Positions 47,171-56,623 of a stretch of 64,000 nt of DNA are shown piece after piece (within the stretch, counting starts at the first letter, position 1; every line of letters begins with the position of its first letter). The notes beneath the pieces are model-generated. The model searched no databases, was not told the origin of the DNA, and saw only the letters and a program-made list of their open reading frames with translations. The DNA comes from Rhodospirillaceae bacterium MC! (GTDB lineage: Bacteria > Pseudomonadota > Alphaproteobacteria > MC1), in the NCBI GenBank assembly GCA_002632265.1, contig NQOV01000007.1, positions 55,583 to 119,582 of the forward strand, given 5' to 3'. Position numbers and translations under genes: made by a program.

Positions 47171-47389
47171 TTATTTATCTTTAAGGCGTTTAAATACATC
47201 TATATGTTGGGTAGTACTTTGGTTTACTCCTGCTAGTGCTTGCATACGATCTTTATAGGCAGGATCATTACAAAACTTTTGTAATTCTGTTTTGGAAATA
47301 TTTAAAGTTTTACTCCAATATTCCATTTCATGTGGTTCTTTAAGATTGATAATTGAATCTTGCTGTTTTTTAGTTACAGTATCTGACAT
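47171..47389 (-). CDS. DUF3606-like small protein, a putative non-canonical antitoxin partner of Doc.
   Basis: 72 aa, 6 bp upstream of doc on the same strand. The IINLKEPHEMEYWSKTLNISKTELQKF pattern resembles DUF3606 (…YWAKKFGVS..EL…). Confidence 0.4.
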   Translation of the reverse strand: MSDTVTKKQQDSIINLKEPHEMEYWSKTLNISKTELQKFCNDPAYKDRMQALAGVNQSTTQHIDVFKRLKDK

Positions 47390-47460
47390 GGGTTTCGCTC
47401 CTAAAAATAGTGTATAATTATATTATATAGCTTATTCGTATGATTGTCAAGGGGTGGGGA

Positions 47461-49428
47461 TTACTGTTCGAGTAGTACATCTTGTTTGTGTATTTCTTCG
47501 GCGGATCTGCCAGCTTGGAAGTGGAAGCATTCTTGGAATATGGGGTTGGTGCATGCTTTACATTGGTCGTAGTCAAGTTGTTTATACAAGGCTGATAAGG
47601 CTTGATGTTTTCCAGAATAGAGAATGTTCGGATTGTGTATGCCGTATTTGTGTAATCTGTTTAGGATGTTAGGGCCTAGGCTTGCGATACATAGTCGTCC
47701 TTGATGTTTTTCTACTATGGAATTTAAGACGTGTGCACCGTCCCAATCGATATTTGTGATCCCTTCGCCACATATCATGATAAGGCTTGCGTTGTTACGG
47801 GTGTTTATGATGTTTTTAATTGCCTCTTCGACGAATTGAGATGAGCCATAATAAATAGCTCCTTGAATACGTATCATAATAATTTGCGGACAATTACTGG
47901 TTTCATGGTTGGTATTGCTTACGATGAAACGGCGTTTACTTTGTAAGTATTCTAAGACAAAAATACGAGGTTTTGTTGTTCTGATGATAAAAATCATTAA
48001 CGAGGCAAAGACCCCGAAATAAATGGCATTCTGTAAGCCTAAAAGTATGGCACTAAAGAAAGTAACGGCGATAATAAATCTTTCTGATCTACTACGTTTT
48101 ATGATCTCGAGTATTTGTTTGAATTTAATTAGCTTAATGCCGATCAGTAAGATAATTCCTGATATTACAGGAATGGGAATTCTATGTAAAATACTTCCGC
48201 CAAATAGTAAGGCGATTGTAACTGTGATACTGGTAACAATGCCAGCCATAGGGGTTCTTGCTCCGCTATCAAGGTTTAAGCCTGATCTTGAAAATGATCC
48301 GCAACTTAGCATGATTCCGAAAAAGCTCCCTAAGGCGTTTGATATCCCTTGGTTAAATACTTCTTGTCTTGTGTCTATCTTTTGGTGTGTTTTCTCTGAT
48401 AATGCCGACGCTATGGAAATGGCAGAGATTAAGGATATTATTGATAATCCGAATCCGTTTAAGGCTAGATGTTCAAACTCGCTAAAATTCATTCTTGGTA
48501 GAATAAATGTAGGCGTGATATGCCCAGCTTGTGGGGCGAAGTTTAAAGAAAATGGGCTATTGGTGGTAACCAAATAAGCAATGACCGACATTATTATAAT
48601 ACTAGCTAGATTCGCCAGTCCACTGCTTATTTTTGTGGATAACAATACGGTTAAGATTATAGTGATAACACTAATTGTTAAGGCAAGAAAGTTAGTGCCT
48701 GTGGAAAATTCTGTAGCGATGTGATATAAGCCATGCCACATTTCATATTCTTGATCAAAATGGAATCCTAGAGCGGTTTTTATTTGCTTTAAGACGATCA
48801 AAACGGCGGCCCCTGCGGTAAAGGCCTTTAATACGGAATTGGAAACGAATCGTAAAAGAAAATCAAACCGTAAAAGATACAAAGCTACTTGGAAGATTCC
48901 CCCTAAGAATGTTAATGTTAAAACAATATGAACATAATTAGGACTACCTGCAGGGAAATCAAAAGCCCCCGCCATGGACGCTAACAACATGGAAACCGCA
49001 ATGGTTGGACCATTTACCATATGACGAGAAGAGGCGAAAAAAACAGATATCCACGGAATCACAATAGCAGTATAAAAACCATACTTCGCAGGAATCCCTG
49101 CAATGGCCGTAAAGGCGATACATTGGGGGATCACAATTAAGGCGGTAATAAATCCTGCTATTATATCGCCCTTAGCGTCTTTAAAGCTGTAGGTTTTTAT
49201 CCAATCTAAAATTGGTAGGATGTCTTTGATCGCCGTTAGAAGAGGCTTTTTTTCTTGGTGGTTGGATAAATATGCGTAATAATCGCCATGATAAATATCT
49301 AGATGTTTGTTGGTGTTGAGTTTTGTATCATTCTCAAGCGTGCTTTCGCTTTGATTTTCGCTGGTAGTGTTATTATCGCTGTCGCTGTTGTTATCGTTAT
49401 CGTTGTTGTTTATATGGGTATTATTCAT
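47461..49428 (-). CDS. SulP-family anion transporter with a C-terminal STAS domain and an N/D/S-rich N-terminal extension.
   Basis: SulP signature region (…GDIIAGFITALIVIPQCIAFTAIAGIPAKYGFYTA…) and a C-terminal STAS-like fold. Confidence 0.8.
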   Translation of the reverse strand: MNNTHINNNDNDNNSDSDNNTTSENQSESTLENDTKLNTNKHLDIYHGDYYAYLSNHQEKKPLLTAIKDILPILDWIKTYSFKDAKGDIIAGFITALIVIPQCIAFTAIAGIPAKYGFYTAIVIPWISVFFASSRHMVNGPTIAVSMLLASMAGAFDFPAGSPNYVHIVLTLTFLGGIFQVALYLLRFDFLLRFVSNSVLKAFTAGAAVLIVLKQIKTALGFHFDQEYEMWHGLYHIATEFSTGTNFLALTISVITIILTVLLSTKISSGLANLASIIIMSVIAYLVTTNSPFSLNFAPQAGHITPTFILPRMNFSEFEHLALNGFGLSIISLISAISIASALSEKTHQKIDTRQEVFNQGISNALGSFFGIMLSCGSFSRSGLNLDSGARTPMAGIVTSITVTIALLFGGSILHRIPIPVISGIILLIGIKLIKFKQILEIIKRSRSERFIIAVTFFSAILLGLQNAIYFGVFASLMIFIIRTTKPRIFVLEYLQSKRRFIVSNTNHETSNCPQIIMIRIQGAIYYGSSQFVEEAIKNIINTRNNASLIMICGEGITNIDWDGAHVLNSIVEKHQGRLCIASLGPNILNRLHKYGIHNPNILYSGKHQALSALYKQLDYDQCKACTNPIFQECFHFQAGRSAEEIHKQDVLLEQ

Positions 49429-49455
49429 TGTTTCTTGTCATTTATTGTATTAATA

Positions 49456-50649
49456 TTATAGTTTTATAAATCCACGTTCAATCGCCAATCGGCGTAATTT
49501 GGGAACGGCTACGGAAAAAATTTGCTTGTAAGCCGAACATAACCTGTTTTGATTAAATTCTCCGTCGCTGGATTTGTTGATTCTGTGCTTAGGACATCCG
49601 CCATTACAATGGATCTTAAATTCGCAACTTCTACAATCGGAACTTAAATGCTTAGATTTGGCAAATAAAAAATCCTTTTGTTGTTCTTGTGAGACTATGA
49701 CATCAAGATTTTCGTTTGCTATATTGCCCAATTTATATTCATCATAAACATAATGATCACAACTAAAGATATCGCCATTGTGTTCGAGTACAACATTATT
49801 TCCACAATTTTCAGCAAAATAGCACGAACCTGCGTTCCTGTAGCCAACAATTGACATCATTAATTCTTCATAAAAGCGTATCATGATAGTACCAACATCA
49901 TTTTCATACCATTTGTTAAACATATGTATCATGAAATCAGCATAATCTTGCGTTGCAGGTGTGAAAAATAGTAATTCTTGCCCATGATTACTACTAGGCG
50001 AGGCAAATGTCAAACCTGTATTTGAATCCTGCTCTGTCGGTTTAGTTTCATTTAAAGGGATAAATTGCCACCATGGGGCTTCGATCTCATGCTTTAGAAA
50101 TTCATACATGCTTTCAGGCTCTTTTACATTTAGATTATGTAAAACCGATAGAATGTTATATTCTACTTTGTATTTTTTTAACAAATTTAAAGCGTCCATC
50201 ACCTTGCTAAATGTGGGCTGACCACCTTTTAGTACTCTATATTCATTGTGCATTTTTTCGTTGCCGTCCACACTCAAGCCCACAAGGAAATTATTATCAG
50301 CAAGGAATTTCGCCCATTCATCATTGAGTAAGATCCCGTTGGTTTGAATGGAGTTAGTGATCTCTTTTCCTTTAGAGTGCTTTTTCTGCCATTGGATTAT
50401 CTTTTTAAAAGTATCCAAACCCAAGACAGTCGGCTCGCCCCCTTGCCAAAACATTGCTATGGTTTTTTGTGGCGTACTTTCAATGTGCATGCGGATGTAT
50501 TTCTCTAGCATTTCATCGTTCATGCGTAATTTCGATGAGCTATATAAAGCCTCTTTTTCCAAGTAAAAGCAATATTTACAATCCATATTACAGGCAGAAC
50601 CTACAGGTTTTGCAATTACAGAAAAGGGTATTGATGTGCTGTTGACCAT
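49456..50649 (-). CDS. Radical SAM enzyme with a SPASM auxiliary-cluster domain (anaerobic sulfatase-maturating-enzyme-like / peptide-modifying maturase family).
   Basis: CX3CX2C at residues 20-27 (CNMDCKYC). C-terminal CX2CX5CX3C (CRSCEFKIHCNGGC) plus an upstream Cys cluster. Confidence 0.7.
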   Translation of the reverse strand: MVNSTSIPFSVIAKPVGSACNMDCKYCFYLEKEALYSSSKLRMNDEMLEKYIRMHIESTPQKTIAMFWQGGEPTVLGLDTFKKIIQWQKKHSKGKEITNSIQTNGILLNDEWAKFLADNNFLVGLSVDGNEKMHNEYRVLKGGQPTFSKVMDALNLLKKYKVEYNILSVLHNLNVKEPESMYEFLKHEIEAPWWQFIPLNETKPTEQDSNTGLTFASPSSNHGQELLFFTPATQDYADFMIHMFNKWYENDVGTIMIRFYEELMMSIVGYRNAGSCYFAENCGNNVVLEHNGDIFSCDHYVYDEYKLGNIANENLDVIVSQEQQKDFLFAKSKHLSSDCRSCEFKIHCNGGCPKHRINKSSDGEFNQNRLCSAYKQIFSVAVPKLRRLAIERGFIKL

Positions 50650-50780
50650 TCTTATCTCGATCTTATTTTTTAAGATTATATAAAATAATCTTTGTTTTAT
50701 TCAAACGGTGTTGTGTATTCATTAATGATATCATATCATAAATAAATCCAATTATCAAGGTATTTAAGAATTTATTTTAC

Positions 50781-50832
50781 ACAATAAAAAAAAGATCATC
50801 TTAAAATATACTTAAAATGATCTTTTTTATTA
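50781..50832 (-). terminator. Rho-independent (bidirectional) terminator 3' of tRNA-Cys.
   Basis: A8 run, a 13-bp stem with one mismatch (aagatcatcttaa / ttaaaatgatctt), then a T6 run. Confidence 0.45.
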
Positions 50833-50838
50833 TAATAA

Positions 50839-50912
50839 TGGAGGCGCCTACCAGATTCGAACTGGTGTACATGGATTTGCAATCCACTGCGTAGCCTCTC
50901 CGCCAAAGCGCC
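50839..50912 (-). tRNA. tRNA-Cys (anticodon GCA). CCA is encoded.
   Basis: The reverse complement is GGCGCTTTGGCGGAGAGGCTACGCAGTGGATTGCAAATCCATGTACACCAGTTCGAATCTGGTAGGCGCCTCCA. The cloverleaf and GCA anticodon were checked by hand. Confidence 0.85.
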
Positions 50913-51029
50913 ATTATTTTATGACTCAATGATAATACAAAGATAGGTAAATATCAAGGATTTTTTTATTATATGCTGATTATATTCTTATGATATCTGT
51001 TCTATCTTATGATAAGTGATTGAATATAT

Positions 51030-51518
51030 TTAAATATCCCAACTGACTAAAACTGTAGATTGAACGGCAATTCCCTCTTTTCTTCCAAGAAAGCCTAATT
51101 TTTCGGTGGTAGTGCCTTTGATGTTCACTTGGAATTTTTCCACATGCAATAACTTGGCAACTTGTTCTTGCATTAGCACTCTGTAGGGGTTGATCTTGGG
51201 GGTTTCGCACATTATAGTTATATCAATATTATTAATATAAGCTTTGACTTCTGCGAGTTTCTGCACGGCGAAATCTACAAATATTTGCGAGTCGGCATTC
51301 TTCCACTGCATATCTGACGGCGGAAAATGCAAGCCGATATCCCCTGCAGATATGGCCCCAAGCAAAGAATCAACGATAGCATGCAAGGCTACATCAGCAT
51401 CCGAATGCCCTTTTAATGCGAGAGAATCTTTTATCATCACTCCGCAAATTTTCTGCCCTAATGGTTTATTTTCGTCAAATGCGTGAACATCAAAGCCACT
51501 GCCTATATGGATTCTCAT
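51030..51518 (-). CDS. ispF: 2-C-methyl-D-erythritol 2,4-cyclodiphosphate synthase.
   Basis: RIHIGSGFDVHAF signature. The start is set at the ATG after the aaggag RBS. Confidence 0.9.
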   Translation of the reverse strand: MRIHIGSGFDVHAFDENKPLGQKICGVMIKDSLALKGHSDADVALHAIVDSLLGAISAGDIGLHFPPSDMQWKNADSQIFVDFAVQKLAEVKAYINNIDITIMCETPKINPYRVLMQEQVAKLLHVEKFQVNIKGTTTEKLGFLGRKEGIAVQSTVLVSWDI

Positions 51519-51530
51519 TTTTCTCACTCC

Positions 51531-51566
51531 TTAGTTCTTTCTAGATTAGTTCTTTCTAGATTAGTT
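51531..51566. repeat. Two and a fraction tandem 15-bp units (ttagttctttctaga) between ispD and ispF.
   Basis: Direct reading of 51528..51570. Confidence 0.55.
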
Positions 51567-52331
51567 ATTTCTTAGCTCTTCTAATAGTATATGATCTTTT
51601 ACTTTTTGTAAATCACTTTTTAAGGTAACTTTAAAAAGCTTATCCGATCCTAGTATGATTTTCACTTGTTGGTTGTTGTTAGAATCATAATTAGAGTTAG
51701 AATCAGAATCTTTATAGAATGCTTTCCAGACGGAAACATCATCCGTAAGAGCAAGATCTTCCTTAGTAATAAGAGTAGAATAAGCTTGCAATATCATATT
51801 AAAATCAAAAGCTTGGGGAGTTTGAGCTTGCCATAGGTTTGTACGATCTACTACTTTTTCCACCTTATTATCTTGGCAATATTGCAAAGTATCAACAACA
51901 GGGATTCCCACTAGCACGGCGTTATCCTGCTCATTATCTAGAGTATTTACGATATTATCGATAATATCATGAGCAACAAAAGGCCTTGCTCCGTCGTGAA
52001 TCAGGATGTTTTTTGCTTGATATTCTTGAGCCTTTACTAAACCGTGATAGACAGAATCCGAACGTTGTTTTCCGCCGAAACAATATCCTAAAAGTTTTTG
52101 CCTATTTTCTTTGATTAATAAAATAGTCTCCTCATATAAATCAAGATCAGATTCACGAATGACAATTATAATACCGTCAATATTGCTATTCTTAATAAAG
52201 GATTGAATTGTATAGTAAAGTATGGGTTTATCCCTTACCTTAAGATATTGTTTGGGAAGATCATATCCCATGCGAGTACCAACTCCACCCGCTACGATTA
52301 TGGCTATATTTTTCATATTTCTAAATTTCAT
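51561..52331 (-). CDS. ispD: 2-C-methyl-D-erythritol 4-phosphate cytidylyltransferase (monofunctional).
   Basis: IAIIVAGGVGTRMG N-terminal motif. 256 aa. Confidence 0.8.
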   Translation of the reverse strand: MKFRNMKNIAIIVAGGVGTRMGYDLPKQYLKVRDKPILYYTIQSFIKNSNIDGIIIVIRESDLDLYEETILLIKENRQKLLGYCFGGKQRSDSVYHGLVKAQEYQAKNILIHDGARPFVAHDIIDNIVNTLDNEQDNAVLVGIPVVDTLQYCQDNKVEKVVDRTNLWQAQTPQAFDFNMILQAYSTLITKEDLALTDDVSVWKAFYKDSDSNSNYDSNNNQQVKIILGSDKLFKVTLKSDLQKVKDHILLEELRNN

Positions 52332-52418
52332 TATTGATTTCTATTGTAATATTCTATAAAATAGTTTAAAATTTATTCTATCAGATATCAAGCAATAAAT
52401 TATATTAATGGAATAAAG

Positions 52419-52470
52419 AGTGCGAAAAAGCATTCATTTTAGCAATTTTCATTATATCACTTTTTCGCAA
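52419..52470. repeat. Short palindromic element related to the family B termini (gagtgcgaaaaag … ctttttcgcaac).
   Basis: Direct reading. It lies upstream of dusB. Confidence 0.45.
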
Positions 52471-52503
52471 CCCTTTGGAATTACAGGATAAAAAAGAATA
52501 AAA

Positions 52504-53508
52504 ATGAGTGATCATAAACCTTTATTAAAACCTATTACTATTGGCAATACGACCATAGAAAATCCCGTTATTTTAGCTCCCATGGCAGGCGTAACCGATT
52601 ATCCCTTTAGAAAAATGACACGTAAATTTGGTGCTGGCTTAATAGTCTCGGAAATGATAGCAGGCATTGCTATGGTGCGTTCCAACGAGAAGACAAAAAA
52701 ATTAGCCTCTGTCATTGATGATAGCAAGCCAGTATCTATCCAGTTAGCGGGCAATGATCCTGATATCATGATCAAAGCGGCACAAATGAACGCCGATAAG
52801 GGAGCGAATTTCATTGATATCAATATGGGTTGTCCTGCGAAAAAGGTTATTAAAGGCTTTGCAGGAAGTGCTTTAATGAAAGTTCCTGATATCGCCTATG
52901 ATATCACTAAAAAGGTTGTGGATTCTATCGATATCCCTGTAACCGTAAAAATGCGTCTTGGGTGGGATGATAATTCTAAGAATGCAGTGGAAATCGCCAA
53001 GCTAGTGGAAAAGGCTGGAGCTAAAGCCGTTACTGTCCATGGACGTACAAGAACAGCCTTTTATAGCGGATCATCCGATTGGCAAGCCGTTGCCGAAGTG
53101 AAAAATGCGGTGAGTATCCCTGTGATAGTCAATGGCGATATCATCAGCACAGAAACCGCAAGGCAAGCTTTAGAGCTATCTGGAGCAGATGGGATTATGA
53201 TAGGACGTGGAACATATGGTAAGCCATGGTTATTACATCACATCACAAAGGAACTTCAAGAGGGAATCCTGCTAGCAGAACCTACACTCTTGGAATTACA
53301 AGAAATAGTAAATGAACATTATCATGAGATCTTAAAATTCTATGGCGATCTTAAGGGTACGAGAATAGCAAGAAAGCATTTAAGTTGGTATACAAAGGGC
53401 TTACAACATAGTGCAGAATTGCGAGCTAAGATCAATATGATTGATAATCATGGCGAAGTTTTAGAAGTATTAAACAACTATTTTAAGAATTTAATAGCAC
53501 TAGAATAA
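52504..53508 (+). CDS. dusB: tRNA-dihydrouridine synthase B (NifR3 family).
   Basis: [17 protein letters not shown] and catalytic Cys region (NMGCPAKKV). Confidence 0.9.
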   Translation: MSDHKPLLKPITIGNTTIENPVILAPMAGVTDYPFRKMTRKFGAGLIVSEMIAGIAMVRSNEKTKKLASVIDDSKPVSIQLAGNDPDIMIKAAQMNADKGANFIDINMGCPAKKVIKGFAGSALMKVPDIAYDITKKVVDSIDIPVTVKMRLGWDDNSKNAVEIAKLVEKAGAKAVTVHGRTRTAFYSGSSDWQAVAEVKNAVSIPVIVNGDIISTETARQALELSGADGIMIGRGTYGKPWLLHHITKELQEGILLAEPTLLELQEIVNEHYHEILKFYGDLKGTRIARKHLSWYTKGLQHSAELRAKINMIDNHGEVLEVLNNYFKNLIALE

Positions 53509-53578
53509 TATCTTAATAGAGACTCTCATATCATTAACAGACAAAGTAAAAAGCAAAAGCAAAAGGAAAATAACTCTT

Positions 53579-53836
53579 ATGACAATAAACAGCGATAGTT
53601 TAAGCGAAGTTATTAATAATTATCTAGAAAACTTCTTCAACTCTCAAAAGGATACAGAGGGAGCAAGCATTGATGATCTTGAGAATATGTATAGGCAATG
53701 CGTGGAAGCTTTAGAGCGTCCTTTATTCATACAAGTTATGGTTAATGTGGAACATAATCAAACAAAAGCAGCAAAGATTCTCGGTTTGAATCGCAATACA
53801 TTTAGGGAAAAACTGAAGAAATATCATATGTTATAA
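53579..53836 (+). CDS. fis: Fis-family DNA-binding protein.
   Basis: The C-terminal HTH KAAKILGLNRNTFREKLKKY is collinear with E. coli Fis (…GINRGTLRKKLKKYGMN). The dusB-fis linkage supports the call. Confidence 0.65.
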   Translation: MTINSDSLSEVINNYLENFFNSQKDTEGASIDDLENMYRQCVEALERPLFIQVMVNVEHNQTKAAKILGLNRNTFREKLKKYHML

Positions 53837-53975
53837 AAATAATTGTTTTTTCGCCTTTAATATGATACAATCATATTAACACTTATTTAACACTTAATTT
53901 AATCTTTAAATTTATATCCACATATATAACTTCCCATCAACCCATTTTTCATATAAGATTTTAAGGAATATAATC

Positions 53976-55115
53976 ATGACAACACTAAACACAGATCTAT
54001 TATTGGCAAATATATCAGACGGTATTATTATAACCACTGCAAGCGGAGAGATCGTAAGCTACAATCTTACCGCTTGCGTATTTATAGATCCTGATATGAA
54101 AATGTTAAAAACAGGGCAAAATATTCATGACAATATGGACTCCTTTAAGGACGTATGGGACGATCTTTTTAAACCGCCATACTTTGAAGATTTCTTCATG
54201 GAAGCTTACGGTAAAAATTTCAACATTCGTATTGTTGCCAATAATTATGATGATAATAACGAAGTTGAAGCCTTTTGTATTATTATAACTTTAGAACATC
54301 AAAATATGTATGCTAAAGATTATAATCAAGCTCTTGTTGAATCCAAAAATAAAGAAAATAAAGATCAGATCGCCAGCATTCAAAATAAAATCAATATTAT
54401 CAATCATGAACTTCAAAATGAGCTTTCATCAATTGGCTTAATCAATCAATCCTTAAAGGATAAAAACAAGGAAGATAAACACTATCAAGGCATAGAAAAT
54501 GCTTTAAATCAAATTAAATCCATATCGGAGAATCTAGAAGATATCAGCAAGCCCTTATATAATTTAGGGAGTGTTAGTAATATTGTAGAACTTGCTGGCG
54601 TTTCTCATGTGGCAAATGATAACACCAATGAAATCGAAGTGGAAAACTTCATCGCAGGTATTTTAGTTCTTGAACAAGCTCGAAATTTTTCCATTGATTA
54701 TGATCTTGATATGTCAGAATTTTCCCATAAAGAAGATCTTAAGATCCAAATGAATCCGCAAGCCTTAAGAACTGCACTTGTTAATATTTTAAAAAATGCA
54801 AGTGAAAGTATTAGCAATAATACGGACGATAATGTAAAAAATAACGGTAAAATTCTCATCAAGCCCCATGTGGATGATTCGGATAACTGCTTTAAAATCG
54901 ATATCACTAATAACGGTGGTAGCATGGATGAAAATCTAATTTTACAACTCAATGCAGGCGAGCAAATTAAATCAACAAAAATCCTAGGTAAAGGGATAGG
55001 TATTTCTCATGTTATCAATACCTTAATTCCTTATGCAGGTTCGTTGAAGTTTGTTAATTTATCGGAAACTAATGTGAAAATCTCGCTAAGTTTTCCTAAA
55101 ACTATAATATTATAA
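53976..55115 (+). CDS. Cytoplasmic sensor histidine kinase, NtrB-like (PAS + HisKA + HATPase_c), with no adjacent response regulator.
   Basis: N-terminal PAS-like segment (DGIIITTASGEIVSYN), H-box (HELQNELSSIG), N-box (NILKNASESI), and a G2-like box (GKGIGISHVIN). Confidence 0.55.
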   Translation: MTTLNTDLLLANISDGIIITTASGEIVSYNLTACVFIDPDMKMLKTGQNIHDNMDSFKDVWDDLFKPPYFEDFFMEAYGKNFNIRIVANNYDDNNEVEAFCIIITLEHQNMYAKDYNQALVESKNKENKDQIASIQNKINIINHELQNELSSIGLINQSLKDKNKEDKHYQGIENALNQIKSISENLEDISKPLYNLGSVSNIVELAGVSHVANDNTNEIEVENFIAGILVLEQARNFSIDYDLDMSEFSHKEDLKIQMNPQALRTALVNILKNASESISNNTDDNVKNNGKILIKPHVDDSDNCFKIDITNNGGSMDENLILQLNAGEQIKSTKILGKGIGISHVINTLIPYAGSLKFVNLSETNVKISLSFPKTIIL

Positions 55116-55128
55116 AGGGATCAATATT

Positions 55129-56496
55129 ATGAATATTGTAATCTGTGGGGCTGGCGTAGCGGGTTTAGGTGTTGCCCATTATCTATCATTAATAGGACAC
55201 ACAGTAACCTTAATTGACGATAATAAGGACGTTATAACTAAAGCCATTGAAGAACTGGATTGTAAGGGCATAGTAGGATTCGCATCCAATCCCCAAACCC
55301 TACAAGATGCAGGGGTAGGAAGTGCCGATGTTGTGCTTGCGTCCACATCATCCGATGAAGTTAATATGGTTACTTGTCGCCTAGCACATTCGATCTTTAA
55401 TGTGCCATTAAAAATCGCACGTATTCGTAATCAAAATTATCTCGAAGAAAAATGGAGCGATATTTTCAATCGAGAAACATTTTCCATTGATATCATTTTA
55501 TCGCCAGAAAAATTAGTAGCTAAAGCCATAACCGAAAGCCTAGCAGTACCCCAAGCCTTTGACGTTCTAACCCTGCTAAATGGCGAAGTGGAACTTTTAG
55601 GAATTCGTTTGCCTGAAGATTGCCCGCTAGTTGATACTGCTATTTTTAAATTAAAGCATTTATTTCCAGGCTTAAAATCCGTAATTATAGCGGTAAATCG
55701 TGGCGGTAAATTGTTCGTGCCAAAAAATAATGATCACTTAGAAGTAGGCGACGAAGTTTATTATGTGGTAGATAAGAAAGATATCGACCGCTCTCTAAAA
55801 GCTTTCGGTTTTGATGATTTCATCAATAATAATATCGTGGTAATCGGCGGGAATAAACTAGCCGAAGAATTCATAACCACCATGGAACGTGCCAACCCAC
55901 ATTTATTAATTAAATTGATCGATCCCGATATAAAACGCTGTGAAACCATAGCAAGCAAAGCCAAAAACTGCCTAGTGATTCACGGTAATTCCCTAGATAA
56001 AACCATACTAGAACAAGTACAAGTCCAAAATACCGACACAGTGGTCTGCCTACATTCCGACGATCAAAATAACATATTATCATCAATGCTATGTAAACGC
56101 ATGGGAGCAAAAATGACCCTAGCCACAATCCACCAATCAGACATCGCCACCATAGCCCCAACCCTAGGAATCGACGGAATCATCACTCCCACATCAATAA
56201 CCAACTCGGCTATTTTACAATATATCCACCGTGGTAAAATGCAAAAAGTATACAGTATATTCAACGGTTTCGGCGAAGTATTCGAAGCCATAATCCTAGA
56301 AGGCTCACCAATTTCAGGCAAAGAAATCTCCGAAATCAGCCTCCCAAACGACACAATAATCGCCTTCACCCAACAATCAGGCAAACTAATAATCCCCCAC
56401 TCCGAAACCGTCCTAAACTCCAACGATAAAATAATAGTCTTCACCACCCAAGAATCCATCCAAGAAATGGAAAACCTAATCTCCATGCGTCTATAA
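55129..56496 (+). CDS. trkA: Trk potassium uptake system NAD-binding subunit.
   Basis: Two Rossmann motifs (IVICGAGVAGLGVA ; IVVIGGNKLAEEF), each followed by TrkA-C-like segments. 455 aa. Confidence 0.85.
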   Translation: MNIVICGAGVAGLGVAHYLSLIGHTVTLIDDNKDVITKAIEELDCKGIVGFASNPQTLQDAGVGSADVVLASTSSDEVNMVTCRLAHSIFNVPLKIARIRNQNYLEEKWSDIFNRETFSIDIILSPEKLVAKAITESLAVPQAFDVLTLLNGEVELLGIRLPEDCPLVDTAIFKLKHLFPGLKSVIIAVNRGGKLFVPKNNDHLEVGDEVYYVVDKKDIDRSLKAFGFDDFINNNIVVIGGNKLAEEFITTMERANPHLLIKLIDPDIKRCETIASKAKNCLVIHGNSLDKTILEQVQVQNTDTVVCLHSDDQNNILSSMLCKRMGAKMTLATIHQSDIATIAPTLGIDGIITPTSITNSAILQYIHRGKMQKVYSIFNGFGEVFEAIILEGSPISGKEISEISLPNDTIIAFTQQSGKLIIPHSETVLNSNDKIIVFTTQESIQEMENLISMRL

Positions 56497-56560
56497 ACTA
56501 GCGTTAAATGAGCTAATATGTCCCCCTACTTTAGGTGCATATTAGCTCATTTTTTTAGAT
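56497..56560. repeat. Family A-related palindrome (aaatgagctaatatg … catattagctcattt), 3' of trkA.
   Basis: 15-bp perfect inverted repeat arms. It shares gtgcatattagctcattt with the 24505..24880 array flank. Confidence 0.6.
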
Positions 56561-56623
56561 CTTAGTTGGTCTTTTAGATTGGTTATTAGGGTTAGATAGG
56601 GGTGCTAATATCTATTCTAATTT

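Noticed and set aside
51030-52331. Separate ispD and ispF, which might indicate a broken bifunctional ispDF.
   Set aside because: Both ORFs are full-length with intact signature motifs and separate start signals. Monofunctional genes are common outside many Alphaproteobacteria, so this is not evidence of pseudogenisation.
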